NCBI GenBank assembly: GCA_963792585.1 | Contig: CAWBWI010000003.1 | Span: 928,001 to 992,000 of the forward strand | Length of the DNA stretch: 64,000 bases | DNA from: Candidatus Eiseniibacteriota bacterium | Lineage (GTDB): Bacteria; Eisenbacteria; RBG-16-71-46; CAIMUX01; VGJL01 | Direction: 5' to 3' | Part shown: in pieces, positions 1 to 8,176 of the stretch | Layout of the letters: every line of letters starts with the position of its first letter | Numbering within the stretch: the first letter of the stretch is position 1 | The notes under the pieces: model-generated | What the model saw: only the letters and a program-made list of their open reading frames with translations | Database searches by the model: none | Told to the model about the DNA's origin: nothing | Translations under genes and position numbers: made by a program

Positions 1-625
1 GCCGGGGGTGGTTGGTCGTCGAGAGGGAGTTGTCACCTTGTGCCCATCCACCTTCGGACCAGAACAGGACGTTGCTTTCGAGTCCATGCTCGACGATGTC
101 GTTTTCGATCAGGAATTGGGGGACGATGATGATCGTGTGATCATCGGCGTCCGCATCGTTCGCGGCCGTGACGACGGCATCGTAGTAGCCGTGCGCGTTC
201 CTCCCGATGCCATGGATGACGACGACGGCTCGAGTGATGTTCGTGTACGCCCCGCCGAGCGCGAGGGATCGATAGTAGGGGACCTTGAGAGTGTTCCCCT
301 GAAGCGCGAAGGTGATCCGGCTGTCCGCCACGTCGATGCTCGACCGATCCTCGAGATCCCCCTCGAGGGTGGAAGGCTGATCCGGTCCCATCCGGTCGGA
401 TTCCACTTCGGCTTTCGCATCTTCGAGGTCTATGGGGCAGGGCCTCGCGGGTATCCCTGGGGTGGGGAAATGCGCTCCTGGGGGAGGAGAGGCTGTGGGT
501 TCGAGCGCTTCCGCAGCGCTACCGGCTCCGGCGGAGGTGCCGGCAAGCGCCATACACACAAACGTTCCTGAGAGGAGGAGAACCGAGGCGAGGCCCCTGC
601 GAATCGGAAAGATGACCGAGTTCAT
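1..625 (-). CDS. Secreted alpha/beta-hydrolase-like protein; 5' part only, runs off the window start and is absent from the ORF track
   Basis: Manual translation from ATG 625 (AAGGAG SD upstream): MNSVIFPIRRGLASVLLLSGTFVCMALAG (signal peptide) ... RAVVVIHGIGRNAHGYY ... IIVPQFL ... LFWSEGGWAQGD; frame stays open to position 1. Confidence 0.75.
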   Translation of the reverse strand, partial: MNSVIFPIRRGLASVLLLSGTFVCMALAGTSAGAGSAAEALEPTASPPPGAHFPTPGIPARPCPIDLEDAKAEVESDRMGPDQPSTLEGDLEDRSSIDVADSRITFALQGNTLKVPYYRSLALGGAYTNITRAVVVIHGIGRNAHGYYDAVVTAANDADADDHTIIIVPQFLIENDIVEHGLESNVLFWSEGGWAQGDNSLSTTNHPR

Positions 626-1020
626 GACGGATCACTCCTTCGCGGTGATGGCCGGGGATCGGGAGAGCCGGTCACAGTCGGTCATCGCCGACGGCCGAAC
701 GATGAGTGAATTTCCGGACCCGAGACCGGTGATCGCAAGAGGATCGCGTGACTGCCATCACATTGGCTCTCGCGAGGCAGGAGGCACTGCGCCGGTGGGC
801 CGCGGGCCATGGATGGAATCGTGCCGCTCGGACCAATTGTCGCGATTCAGGTCGGTCGCGTATGGAGCGGCAGGCGGTCAAGCCTTCGATGGGTGAGGCC
901 GGACCTCGGTGTCCGCGGATGATTCTATCACCGGTCGCACGGGAATCACAGCACCGTTGCGCAGGCCCGGCTGGGCGGGCCCGCGCAGGTGGTCTTGTGG
1001 ATTGCGATCGCGATGCGACC

Positions 1021-3918
1021 CTATCGGATCCGCACGATCGGGCGCGTGGCGATCGTCTTCCCATCCACCTCGAGAGCATAGAAATAGACTCCGGCGGGCA
1101 CGGTCCGTCCGGCAATGTCCTTGCCGTCCCAGCGGACGACCCGCTCTCCGGCGGCCGCCGGTCCCTCGAGCAGGCTCATGACGTTGCGTCCAGCCGCGTC
1201 GATGATTCGCAGGCTCGCGGACGCTGCGGCGACGGGAAGTCGGAAACCGATGAGCGACGCGTCCCGGAACGGGTTCGGCCGCGCGGGCAGGAGCCGTATC
1301 GACGGCTCGGTGGAGACGGATTCATCCGCTCCCGCGGCGCCCGGCCCCATGAGGTAGATCGCGACGTCATCGATGTACCAACCGGGACCGTTCACGCCGC
1401 CGTCGCTGCCGAAACGGAACCGGATGGTCATGTGTGATTGCGCGTAGGCGGACAGATCGAAGGCGATGGGTTGCCATCCACCGGAGTTGCCGCTCCAGCC
1501 GTCCTCGTTTCCGAGACCGGACAGGAACTTCGCCGGGTATCCGCCGATGGGCGTGATCGTGACCCAGCCCGACCCGGTGTTGACCTGCACGTTGCCTCCG
1601 TCGAATCCGGACTCCGTGTCGTAGTAGTGCGTGAAGCTGAGGACGAGCGGGTAGCCGGTCGGGTCGAGAACCGGGCTGGTCAGGGTCGCCGTCGCGTTGT
1701 CGGGGTAGTTGCCCGTTAGATTCGTCCCCCAGCAGCGCGTCCCCGAGAACGCCCCATCCGGACCGACGCCGCTGGGCGTTCCCCATTGCCAGAGCGCATC
1801 TCCCGTGTATCCGCCGCCGCCGGCCTCGAAGGTCTCCGCGTCGAACAGCGTTGCGTTCGCGATCGCCCCTTGGTTCGCCTGGACCGCGAACGTCTTCCAC
1901 GCGGCTCCGTACGTGGGGAGAAGGCCGAAGAGCGCCTGGTAGCCCCCGCCGACGGGGATGCCGGGGATCCGATACGCGCCGGATGCATCCGTCTGCGTCG
2001 TCGGGAGCGGCGTATCGAGGACTCTCACCGTTACCCCCGCCAGGGGCGCGCCGGAATCATCGAGCACATTCCCCGCGACGTCATTGGACGGCGCCGGAGA
2101 AAGGGAGAAGTCCACGACCTCCTGCTGGCCCGCGCCGACCGTGACCACCTGCTCCGTCGTCAGATGGAAGAAGTCGGAAACGCGCAATGTGTAGATCCCG
2201 CTTCGCAGCGGGATCCGATAGGCTCCGGTCCCATCCGCCAGCGTGAGAATGTTGCGCTCCACGAGGAGGATCTTCGCGCCCGGGATCGGTTGGTTCGTCA
2301 CCGCATCGCGAACCGTTCCCGAGACCGTGCCGATTCCTTGCAGGAGCATCGCCCGGGCTGCGAGGAGGTTCGGGCGGTTGCCGATCCGCCTGGCACCGAC
2401 CCACGGGGTGCCCGTATCGAAGAGGATCTGCGCGGCGAGCGGCCCGCTCAAGGGGATCCCCCACAGGGCTTTGCTCATCCCCTGGAGAGACGCGACCGAC
2501 CCCGACACGATCGGGCTCGCGCTCGATGTTCCGTTGAACGCGGCGGTGTACCACTGCGTCTCCGCACCGCCTTGAAGATCTCCGTAGCCCGTCGTGGTGA
2601 CCGAATCACCCCAGCCGTTCAGATCGAGACGGCTCCCATAGTTCGAGAACCATTCGGCGTCGAGACCGGTGGGCGTGCCGGCGCCCACGATGATGGCGCC
2701 CGAGTTGCGGACGGTGCGGTCGAAGAGCCCCTGATAGATCGGATCGTCGTAGTTCTCCTCCCCGTTACCGGCGGCCTCGATGCAGATCCGCCCGTTCGCG
2801 ACGGCGGTCTGGATCGCGTCGAAGTTGTCCTGCCAGAATTCCATGGCGACATAGCCGTGCTGGCCGACGCCGTTCGCATTGGGACCCGGGGCGTGGAGTT
2901 CGATCAGGAAGAGATCGCCGATCGATTCGTTCGCGGCGGCCATGTCGATCGCGTCCGCGACCCCGACGTCGCCGATCGAAATGCCGCCGATCGCGAGATC
3001 GCTGGCAATGCCGGTGACGCCGGATCCGTTCGGGCGCCCGGCCATCTCGCCCATGACGGCCGTGCCGTGATTGCGCCATCCGGCATCGTTGATCGGCGTG
3101 CCCCCGGTGAAGAAGGGGGGCTTCAGGTCCTCGTGGTTCCAGAGCCACGCGCCCTCGATGTCGATGATGCGGACGAGGGCTCCGCGTCCTCCGGGAAAGC
3201 CCCAGACCGCCTGCGCGTTGACGCCGGATGGCGACGGGCCGAGGTATCCTTGCATGCCGGTGAAATCAGGCGTCGCTGGGGCAGGGGGACTCTGCGGGGT
3301 CCCGCCTTGAAGGGATGAGATCTGCCTCGACACGTCCAGTGTCGATCTGCCTTGCGCACGCGCCACCGCTCTCGCCGGCTGCGGAATCGGCTCGGCGAAT
3401 GCGCACTCGACGGGGGGGAGCGCCCGCACCTCCGCCAGCATCGAGGTGAGCGAGGCGGCGCTCTGCGCGCCGGTGGGCAGGCGGAACTCGAAGTAGAGGT
3501 TCAGGTCTGCAAGTTCCCAGCCGCTTTCCCGCTGCCCGCTCTCGCGGACGATGTCGAGCTCCTCCTCGGATCTGGAGAAGTGCCGCACGACCTGAACGCC
3601 CGGATGCGCGGCGAGCCATGCATCAACCGAACTCAAGTCCGCAGACGCATCGAGGCTCGTCAATCGCGCGCCGCGGAGTCGAATAAGAGTTCCCTCGTGG
3701 AACTTGACCACCAAACGATCGAGGCGATCGAATTCCGCTCGCGCAGCCGGCAATGTCGCCTTGGACAGGACGTGGCGGGGGAGGAGTCCCGGCTCCGTCG
3801 CAGGGGCGCTCGCCGCGGGCGCGGCGCCCATGGGCCCCATCAACACGGCCATCCAGGTGAGGAGAACGGCGGTCACGGCGAAGTCGCGGCCCGATGGGAG
3901 TGCGAATCTACGGTGCAT
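1021..3918 (-). CDS. Secreted S8 (subtilisin-like) serine peptidase with carboxypeptidase-regulatory-like repeats, a beta-sandwich domain and a C-terminal FlgD-Ig/T9SS-like domain
   Basis: Signal peptide; catalytic motifs IIDIEG, HGTAVMG, AAGNG, NGTSSASP; two G-T/N-V-x-D...P-I/L-x-G repeats; C-terminus PNPF...WDGKD..GR.VPAGVYFY. Confidence 0.9.
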   Translation of the reverse strand: MHRRFALPSGRDFAVTAVLLTWMAVLMGPMGAAPAASAPATEPGLLPRHVLSKATLPAARAEFDRLDRLVVKFHEGTLIRLRGARLTSLDASADLSSVDAWLAAHPGVQVVRHFSRSEEELDIVRESGQRESGWELADLNLYFEFRLPTGAQSAASLTSMLAEVRALPPVECAFAEPIPQPARAVARAQGRSTLDVSRQISSLQGGTPQSPPAPATPDFTGMQGYLGPSPSGVNAQAVWGFPGGRGALVRIIDIEGAWLWNHEDLKPPFFTGGTPINDAGWRNHGTAVMGEMAGRPNGSGVTGIASDLAIGGISIGDVGVADAIDMAAANESIGDLFLIELHAPGPNANGVGQHGYVAMEFWQDNFDAIQTAVANGRICIEAAGNGEENYDDPIYQGLFDRTVRNSGAIIVGAGTPTGLDAEWFSNYGSRLDLNGWGDSVTTTGYGDLQGGAETQWYTAAFNGTSSASPIVSGSVASLQGMSKALWGIPLSGPLAAQILFDTGTPWVGARRIGNRPNLLAARAMLLQGIGTVSGTVRDAVTNQPIPGAKILLVERNILTLADGTGAYRIPLRSGIYTLRVSDFFHLTTEQVVTVGAGQQEVVDFSLSPAPSNDVAGNVLDDSGAPLAGVTVRVLDTPLPTTQTDASGAYRIPGIPVGGGYQALFGLLPTYGAAWKTFAVQANQGAIANATLFDAETFEAGGGGYTGDALWQWGTPSGVGPDGAFSGTRCWGTNLTGNYPDNATATLTSPVLDPTGYPLVLSFTHYYDTESGFDGGNVQVNTGSGWVTITPIGGYPAKFLSGLGNEDGWSGNSGGWQPIAFDLSAYAQSHMTIRFRFGSDGGVNGPGWYIDDVAIYLMGPGAAGADESVSTEPSIRLLPARPNPFRDASLIGFRLPVAAASASLRIIDAAGRNVMSLLEGPAAAGERVVRWDGKDIAGRTVPAGVYFYALEVDGKTIATRPIVRIR

Positions 3919-3978
3919 GGTGATCCTCGCGCAGGTTGTGGTTCCAGTGCGGCGGGAGAGACCCGAAACTGTCCCTCT

Positions 3979-4008
3979 ATTTTACGCCCGCTGCCTCCCG
4001 AGCGGCAA
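3979..4008 (-). promoter_or_regulatory. Putative sigma70 promoter of the S8 peptidase
   Basis: Minus strand TTGCCG-N18-TAAAAT, ~60 nt upstream of ATG 3918; an AT-rich -10 stands out in this GC-rich DNA. Confidence 0.5.
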
Positions 4009-4117
4009 GGCGATCGGACCCATGAGGGGACTTGGTGATCGCCCGGCGGGGCGATTTCGCATTCGAGAGAGGAGAGGAGAAGAAGGTGCGGCAAGCGGAC
4101 GTCGGCTGCGCCAAATC

Positions 4118-4168
4118 AAAAAGCGAGGGAAATGCGGCCAGTTAGCCCCTCTGTCGCATCGCCCTCGC
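4118..4168 (-). terminator. Intrinsic terminator
   Basis: Minus strand GCGAGGGCGAUGCGAC-loop14-GCCGCAUUUCCCUCGC followed by UUUUU. Confidence 0.65.
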
Positions 4169-4281
4169 CCAGGCTTCTCTATGAGAGCTTGTGCCCCCGG
4201 AGCTAACTGGTACCGAGGTCGCTCCCCGTTTGACCGGCGCGCGTTCGGATCCCACCAGGAGCACTACTACGTTCCTGACAA
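4118..4281 (-). ncRNA. Candidate structured ncRNA / riboswitch-attenuator (~165 nt), family unassigned
   Basis: Bounded by a promoter (4288-4317) and a terminator; no credible ORF; a 12-bp helix 4199-4210/4138-4149 pairs fully (one U-G) only on the minus strand. Confidence 0.55.
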
Positions 4282-4287
4282 CCAACG

Positions 4288-4317
4288 ATCATAGCAGGTT
4301 CGCGGTTCTGAAGTCAA
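4288..4317 (-). promoter_or_regulatory. Putative sigma70 promoter with extended -10, driving the ncRNA
   Basis: Minus strand TTGACT-N18 (ending TGc)-TATGAT. Confidence 0.6.
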
Positions 4318-4392
4318 GCTGATTCCCGGCTCGCCGCGCATCTTTGCACAGGAACCGCGGGCGCCGAATCGGATCGACCCCGCGCTCATGTC

Positions 4393-5019
4393 CTACCGGA
4401 AGCGACTCCTCAACCGTCCCCAGGTCGTCGGCACCATCGAACCTTCGGGTGCTGAGGCCGTTGTTCCGAATCCGAATTGCACATTATCGAACCAGACCGC
4501 ATCGCTAGAGTCGATCGTGATCTCGACCCGAGCAATGTTGGGAGAGTCAGAAGTGTATGCGTTGAAGCCATAGACCGCCGGACCGTTTCCGGTGCCGGAT
4601 TCCATGAGATCGAATGTGGCGAGAAGCTCATGCGCGGTGTCGTAGAAGGAAATGGTCGTCCCGAGAAACTGCAGGTCACCGACCCACACGGCCAGGCCAT
4701 TGGTGGGAGTGTCAAAGTCGACCGCCCAGCCACCTCCTCCTCCGCCGTTGTCGAGCGAGCTGAACAACGTGTTGTCGCCTTCGTATGGGTACTGTGCAAT
4801 CGAATACGGCGAGCCTTCGCCGAAGGGTGAGAACACCAGTCCTGGATACTCGGAGGAGAGCGGTCCGGTGAACGCCTCGAAGTCGATCTGGAGACTTGCA
4901 CCAACATCGTTTCTCCACGTCTGCTCATCCGCAACCGCGACCACGGCCGCGCCAACCTTGGGAACTGCGATCGCCAGAAGGAACAGGACGGCAATGGATC
5001 GAGAGCATATCTTGGTCAT
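4393..5019 (-). CDS. Secreted hypothetical protein with C-terminal PTTWGRLRSRFR tail
   Basis: Start reassigned to ATG 5019 (MTKICSRSIAVLFLLAIAVPKVGA signal peptide); beta-rich mature domain; basic Trp-Gly tail. Confidence 0.8.
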   Translation of the reverse strand: MTKICSRSIAVLFLLAIAVPKVGAAVVAVADEQTWRNDVGASLQIDFEAFTGPLSSEYPGLVFSPFGEGSPYSIAQYPYEGDNTLFSSLDNGGGGGGWAVDFDTPTNGLAVWVGDLQFLGTTISFYDTAHELLATFDLMESGTGNGPAVYGFNAYTSDSPNIARVEITIDSSDAVWFDNVQFGFGTTASAPEGSMVPTTWGRLRSRFR

Positions 5020-5193
5020 TTGATTCCCATCTTTGTGAGGACGCTCAAGAGCGGATTCGCACTCACCCTCGGAGAACGCGGTGGAGATTCGGTTCTCCCG
5101 CATGCTTGTGAAAGGAGAGAGGATGAAAGCGCGAGTTTGGACCGCGGAGTGTCGCACGGACGCTGCGGTGTGTCAATTACGTAGGAGGTGTAC

Positions 5194-5601
5194 ATGAACT
5201 CGACAAGAGCGGCGATGTGGCTCGTCGCGATCTCCACGTTGGCTCTTGGTTGTTCCGACCCTCGATCCAAGGAGGAACGGAGTCTCCCCCATCCGACGGT
5301 GGCGCAGGCGACGTTCATCAACCGCGTCTGGAAAGTGGCGGAATCGACCGGCATGAGTCCGGATCAGTTGGTGGTGTTCTTGTCGGAGGGCACGCTGGTC
5401 TTTGCATCCCCGAACGAGACCCCGGCGCTGGGCACATGGAGCAACGATGATGGAGGTCTGACGATGGTCGAGGAAGGGATCGCATACAAGGTCGACATTC
5501 TCGGGATCAGCGGCACCGAGTTCCGCATCCGAAGCCACAATCCAGGCGGGTTCGTCGACACGCGGTTCGTGCCCGCGGACGGACCGGCCCCACCGCGTTG
5601 A
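5194..5601 (+). CDS. Hypothetical lipoprotein
   Basis: AGGAGG SD before ATG 5194; lipobox LALG-C. Confidence 0.75.
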   Translation: MNSTRAAMWLVAISTLALGCSDPRSKEERSLPHPTVAQATFINRVWKVAESTGMSPDQLVVFLSEGTLVFASPNETPALGTWSNDDGGLTMVEEGIAYKVDILGISGTEFRIRSHNPGGFVDTRFVPADGPAPPR

Positions 5602-5707
5602 TCGTGATCCGACACACATTACCGCGGCCCGAAGGCGGAAGCCCCGGCGAAGGCCAAGCTCTCATTTACCGAAGGTCTCCGTGCTGGGCAATCTCGCAGG
5701 TCATTGA

Positions 5708-5770
5708 GGCCTCGCCGTCACACACAGGGACGAGCTGAACGCCGACCTGCTCGCCTTTCTCAGAGGCTGA
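5708..5770 (+). pseudogene. Remnant 3' end of a non-heme chloroperoxidase-type alpha/beta hydrolase
   Basis: Translates to GLAVTHRDELNADLLAFLRG*, resembling the typical Cpo/Bpo C-terminus; no 5' gene body is present. Confidence 0.55.
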
Positions 5771-5811
5771 AGCGTCCCCACGTTACGTGAAAGGAACTAG
5801 CCACGGGGGTC

Positions 5812-6204
5812 ATGCTCAGGAAGCTAGCGGATACGGCAGAGGTTCTACGGGCGTCAAGCCTCATTGGCGAAGTAGTTCACAATCGAGAGGATGAGAAGTT
5901 GGGCCGAATCCAGGACCTCGCGATCGACCCCGGGAGCGGGCAGCCGGCCTATGCGTTTCTCGCACGGGGCGGGCTCATGAGCCCGGGAAGGAGGTTTCTC
6001 GCCAGTCCCTTGAAGGCTTTCGAGCTCTCCACCCTCAATGGAGAACTCGTCCTCGTCGTCGACAAGAGACAGCTCGAGACAATCTTGATCGGGACGCCTC
6101 GCGGCAGGATCTTGCGGACCGCGAGTGGTGTATTCACACCACCGGGTCGTGCGACTGCGAGCCCGGTCGGCAACTCGGGAATGGTCGAAGAGGGAGCTCG
6201 ATGA
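5812..6204 (+). CDS. PRC-barrel domain protein
   Basis: LRASSLIGEVVHNREDEKLGRIQDLAIDPGSGQPAYA motif. Confidence 0.75.
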   Translation: MLRKLADTAEVLRASSLIGEVVHNREDEKLGRIQDLAIDPGSGQPAYAFLARGGLMSPGRRFLASPLKAFELSTLNGELVLVVDKRQLETILIGTPRGRILRTASGVFTPPGRATASPVGNSGMVEEGAR

Positions 6205-6297
6205 CTATTCACCGCATGCATCGACAGCCGCCCTGCCGCATCGACGGCGATCGCTGCGCATTCCATGGAGCGTGGGGCTCAGGGAAGGACGGAACCT

Positions 6298-6711
6298 ATG
6301 ATAGGGAACATCGGCCACAAGTATGATTCGCTAGCGCTCACGCTGCTGCGCGTGATCGCCGGATTCCTGTTCGTCCCGCATGGTGCGCAGAAACTCTTCG
6401 GCATGTTCGGCGGAATGGGCGGGACGGGGGCGGTAGCGGCGTTTCCGGCACTCACGTGGTTCGCGGGGGTCTGCGAGTTCTACGGCGGGCTGCTGCTGCT
6501 GCTGGGGATCTTCACGCGGCCGGTCGCATTTCTGCTGTGCGGGCAGATGGCCGTCGCCTACTTCAAGGCCCACGCACCGAATGGGTTCTGGCCGTTGGTC
6601 AACCGCGGGGAGCTGGCCGTCCTCTACTGCTTTGTCTTCCTCTATCTGGCGGTCGCAGGGGGAGGGCGCTACAGGCTTGAGTCCCTTTGGCATCGCCGGG
6701 CAAAGGAGTGA
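6298..6711 (+). CDS. DoxX family membrane protein
   Basis: LLRVIAGFLFVPHGAQKLFG, EFYGGLLLLLGIFTR, GELAVLY. Confidence 0.9.
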   Translation: MIGNIGHKYDSLALTLLRVIAGFLFVPHGAQKLFGMFGGMGGTGAVAAFPALTWFAGVCEFYGGLLLLLGIFTRPVAFLLCGQMAVAYFKAHAPNGFWPLVNRGELAVLYCFVFLYLAVAGGGRYRLESLWHRRAKE

Positions 6712-6768
6712 TAGCGGGCGCCTGAGCCGGTCGCACGTGATGTCCGCGAGCGTCTCCGATCTTTGGCC

Positions 6769-6806
6769 TTGACTTTCATCCATACTCGAATAATTATTCG
6801 ACTATG
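6769..6806 (+). promoter_or_regulatory. Promoter plus palindromic operator overlapping the AAA gene start
   Basis: TTGACT at 6769; perfect 16-bp palindrome TCGAATAATTATTCGA (6786-6801), extending to CATA...TATG (6781-6806). Confidence 0.6.
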
Positions 6807-8048
6807 ACAATGGATGAATACCATCTCAGCTATCACAAGTGCCGCGACATGCTTGCGAAACGCCTTCGGGAACCCGCCCCGGGGCGCATCCAGTTGCTTT
6901 CAGGCCCACGCCAGGTCGGCAAGACCACGCTTCTCCTGGAGTTGTCCGGCAAGCTCGGCAAGCAGGCGATCTATGCCGCCGCGGACGCGCCGGAGGCGGC
7001 TCTGCCGGGATTCTGGGAACGGCTGTTCATCCTTGCCGAGGAGAGGGCCGGAAGTCAGGGACGCGCCGTCGTTCTGCTCGACGAAGTACACATGCTTCAT
7101 GATTGGGCCGCGCGGCTCAAGGGAGTCACGGATCGCTTCAAACGCGAGAAGATCCCGATTCACGTCGTGGCTACGGGTTCGTCGGCGCTCCATCTTGTCG
7201 CGGGTTCTCGGGAGACTCTTGCGGGTCGGTTCGAACGGCTGACGCTCACCCACTGGTCCGCGGCCGCCTTGGCGCGAGGTTTCGATCTTGGAGCGGAGGA
7301 AGCAACCGGGCTCATCGTTCGGATGGGTTCGTATCCCGGCGCCTTCCCGTTGCGAAAGGACCTGGGTCGCTGGTCTGCATATGTGCGGGATGCGATCCTT
7401 GATCCGGCGATCGGTCGGGACATCCTCGCCCTGTCAGCGGTAAGAAGGCCGGCGCTGCTCCGTCAGGTATTCGGCGTCGCCGCATCATCACCAGCCCGAA
7501 TCGTCTCGCTGCAGAAGATTCAGGGACAGCTTCAGGACGCCGGGGCCCTCGAGACCATCGCGCACTACCTGGTATTGCTCGAGGAGGCGTTCCTTGTCGC
7601 CGCTGCGCCGAAGTACTCGAAACAGGACGCGCGACGACGAGCGTCCCCTCCCAAGCTGATCGTACTGAGCAATGCCTTCCTGGCCGTGATGGATCCACGC
7701 GGGATTCCGGCGGATCGCTCCGATCCGGAGAGATTCGGGGCGTGGGTCGAGAATGCCTGTCTGGCGCACGCGTGGAACTCCGGCCAGGACGTTTCATATT
7801 GGCGTGAGGAACCGCTCGAAATTGATGGCGTCTGCGAAGGAAGCTGGGGTTCGTGGGCGATCGAGGTCAAGACGGGCAAGTTCGTCATGACCGACCTGAA
7901 GGGGCTCTTCGAATTCGTCCGAAGGTACCCCAGATTCCGGCCGCTCGTCGTCTGCGGAAGTGCAGGTCGCGCGACGGCGGAACGCGCAGGAGTTCAAAGT
8001 GTGACATGGCAGGAATTCCTTCTTGATGGACCGCCCCGGTCTGGGTGA
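6804..8048 (+). CDS. AAA_14 ATPase with DUF4143 / PD-(D/E)XK-like C-terminal domain
   Basis: Walker A GPRQVGKT, Walker B LLDEVH, ATGSS, ETLAGRF; C-terminal YWR..EID...AIEVK. Confidence 0.9.
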   Translation: MTMDEYHLSYHKCRDMLAKRLREPAPGRIQLLSGPRQVGKTTLLLELSGKLGKQAIYAAADAPEAALPGFWERLFILAEERAGSQGRAVVLLDEVHMLHDWAARLKGVTDRFKREKIPIHVVATGSSALHLVAGSRETLAGRFERLTLTHWSAAALARGFDLGAEEATGLIVRMGSYPGAFPLRKDLGRWSAYVRDAILDPAIGRDILALSAVRRPALLRQVFGVAASSPARIVSLQKIQGQLQDAGALETIAHYLVLLEEAFLVAAAPKYSKQDARRRASPPKLIVLSNAFLAVMDPRGIPADRSDPERFGAWVENACLAHAWNSGQDVSYWREEPLEIDGVCEGSWGSWAIEVKTGKFVMTDLKGLFEFVRRYPRFRPLVVCGSAGRATAERAGVQSVTWQEFLLDGPPRSG

Positions 8049-8140
8049 TCCGGTCGAAGGGGCGCCGGATATGCTTCGTCACTCCGGGCTCCGGGCCATC
8101 GCATCAAGTGCGCGTCGATCGGCGAGCCCCTACCACCGAA

Positions 8141-8169
8141 TTGACCTGAGCGTCCCTGGGCCCTAGCAT
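8141..8169 (+). promoter_or_regulatory. Putative sigma70 promoter; possible leaderless start at 8177
   Basis: TTGACC-N17-TAGCAT, 7 nt before ATG 8177. Confidence 0.45.
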
Positions 8170-8176
8170 CATCCGG

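Noticed and set aside
4118..4281. Assignment of the RNA as a ZTP riboswitch, 6S, SRP, tmRNA or tRNA-Sec
   Set aside because: Only fragmentary resemblance (GGGGAGCGAC, GCCUGGGC); it lacks the ZTP GACUGGCG element, 6S-style 5'-3' pairing, the SRP GGAA loop motif and a cloverleaf
4181..4294. 37-aa plus-strand ORF (MRACAPG...) as a small peptide or type I toxin
   Set aside because: No SD and not hydrophobic; promoter, terminator and wobble pairing all point to the minus strand
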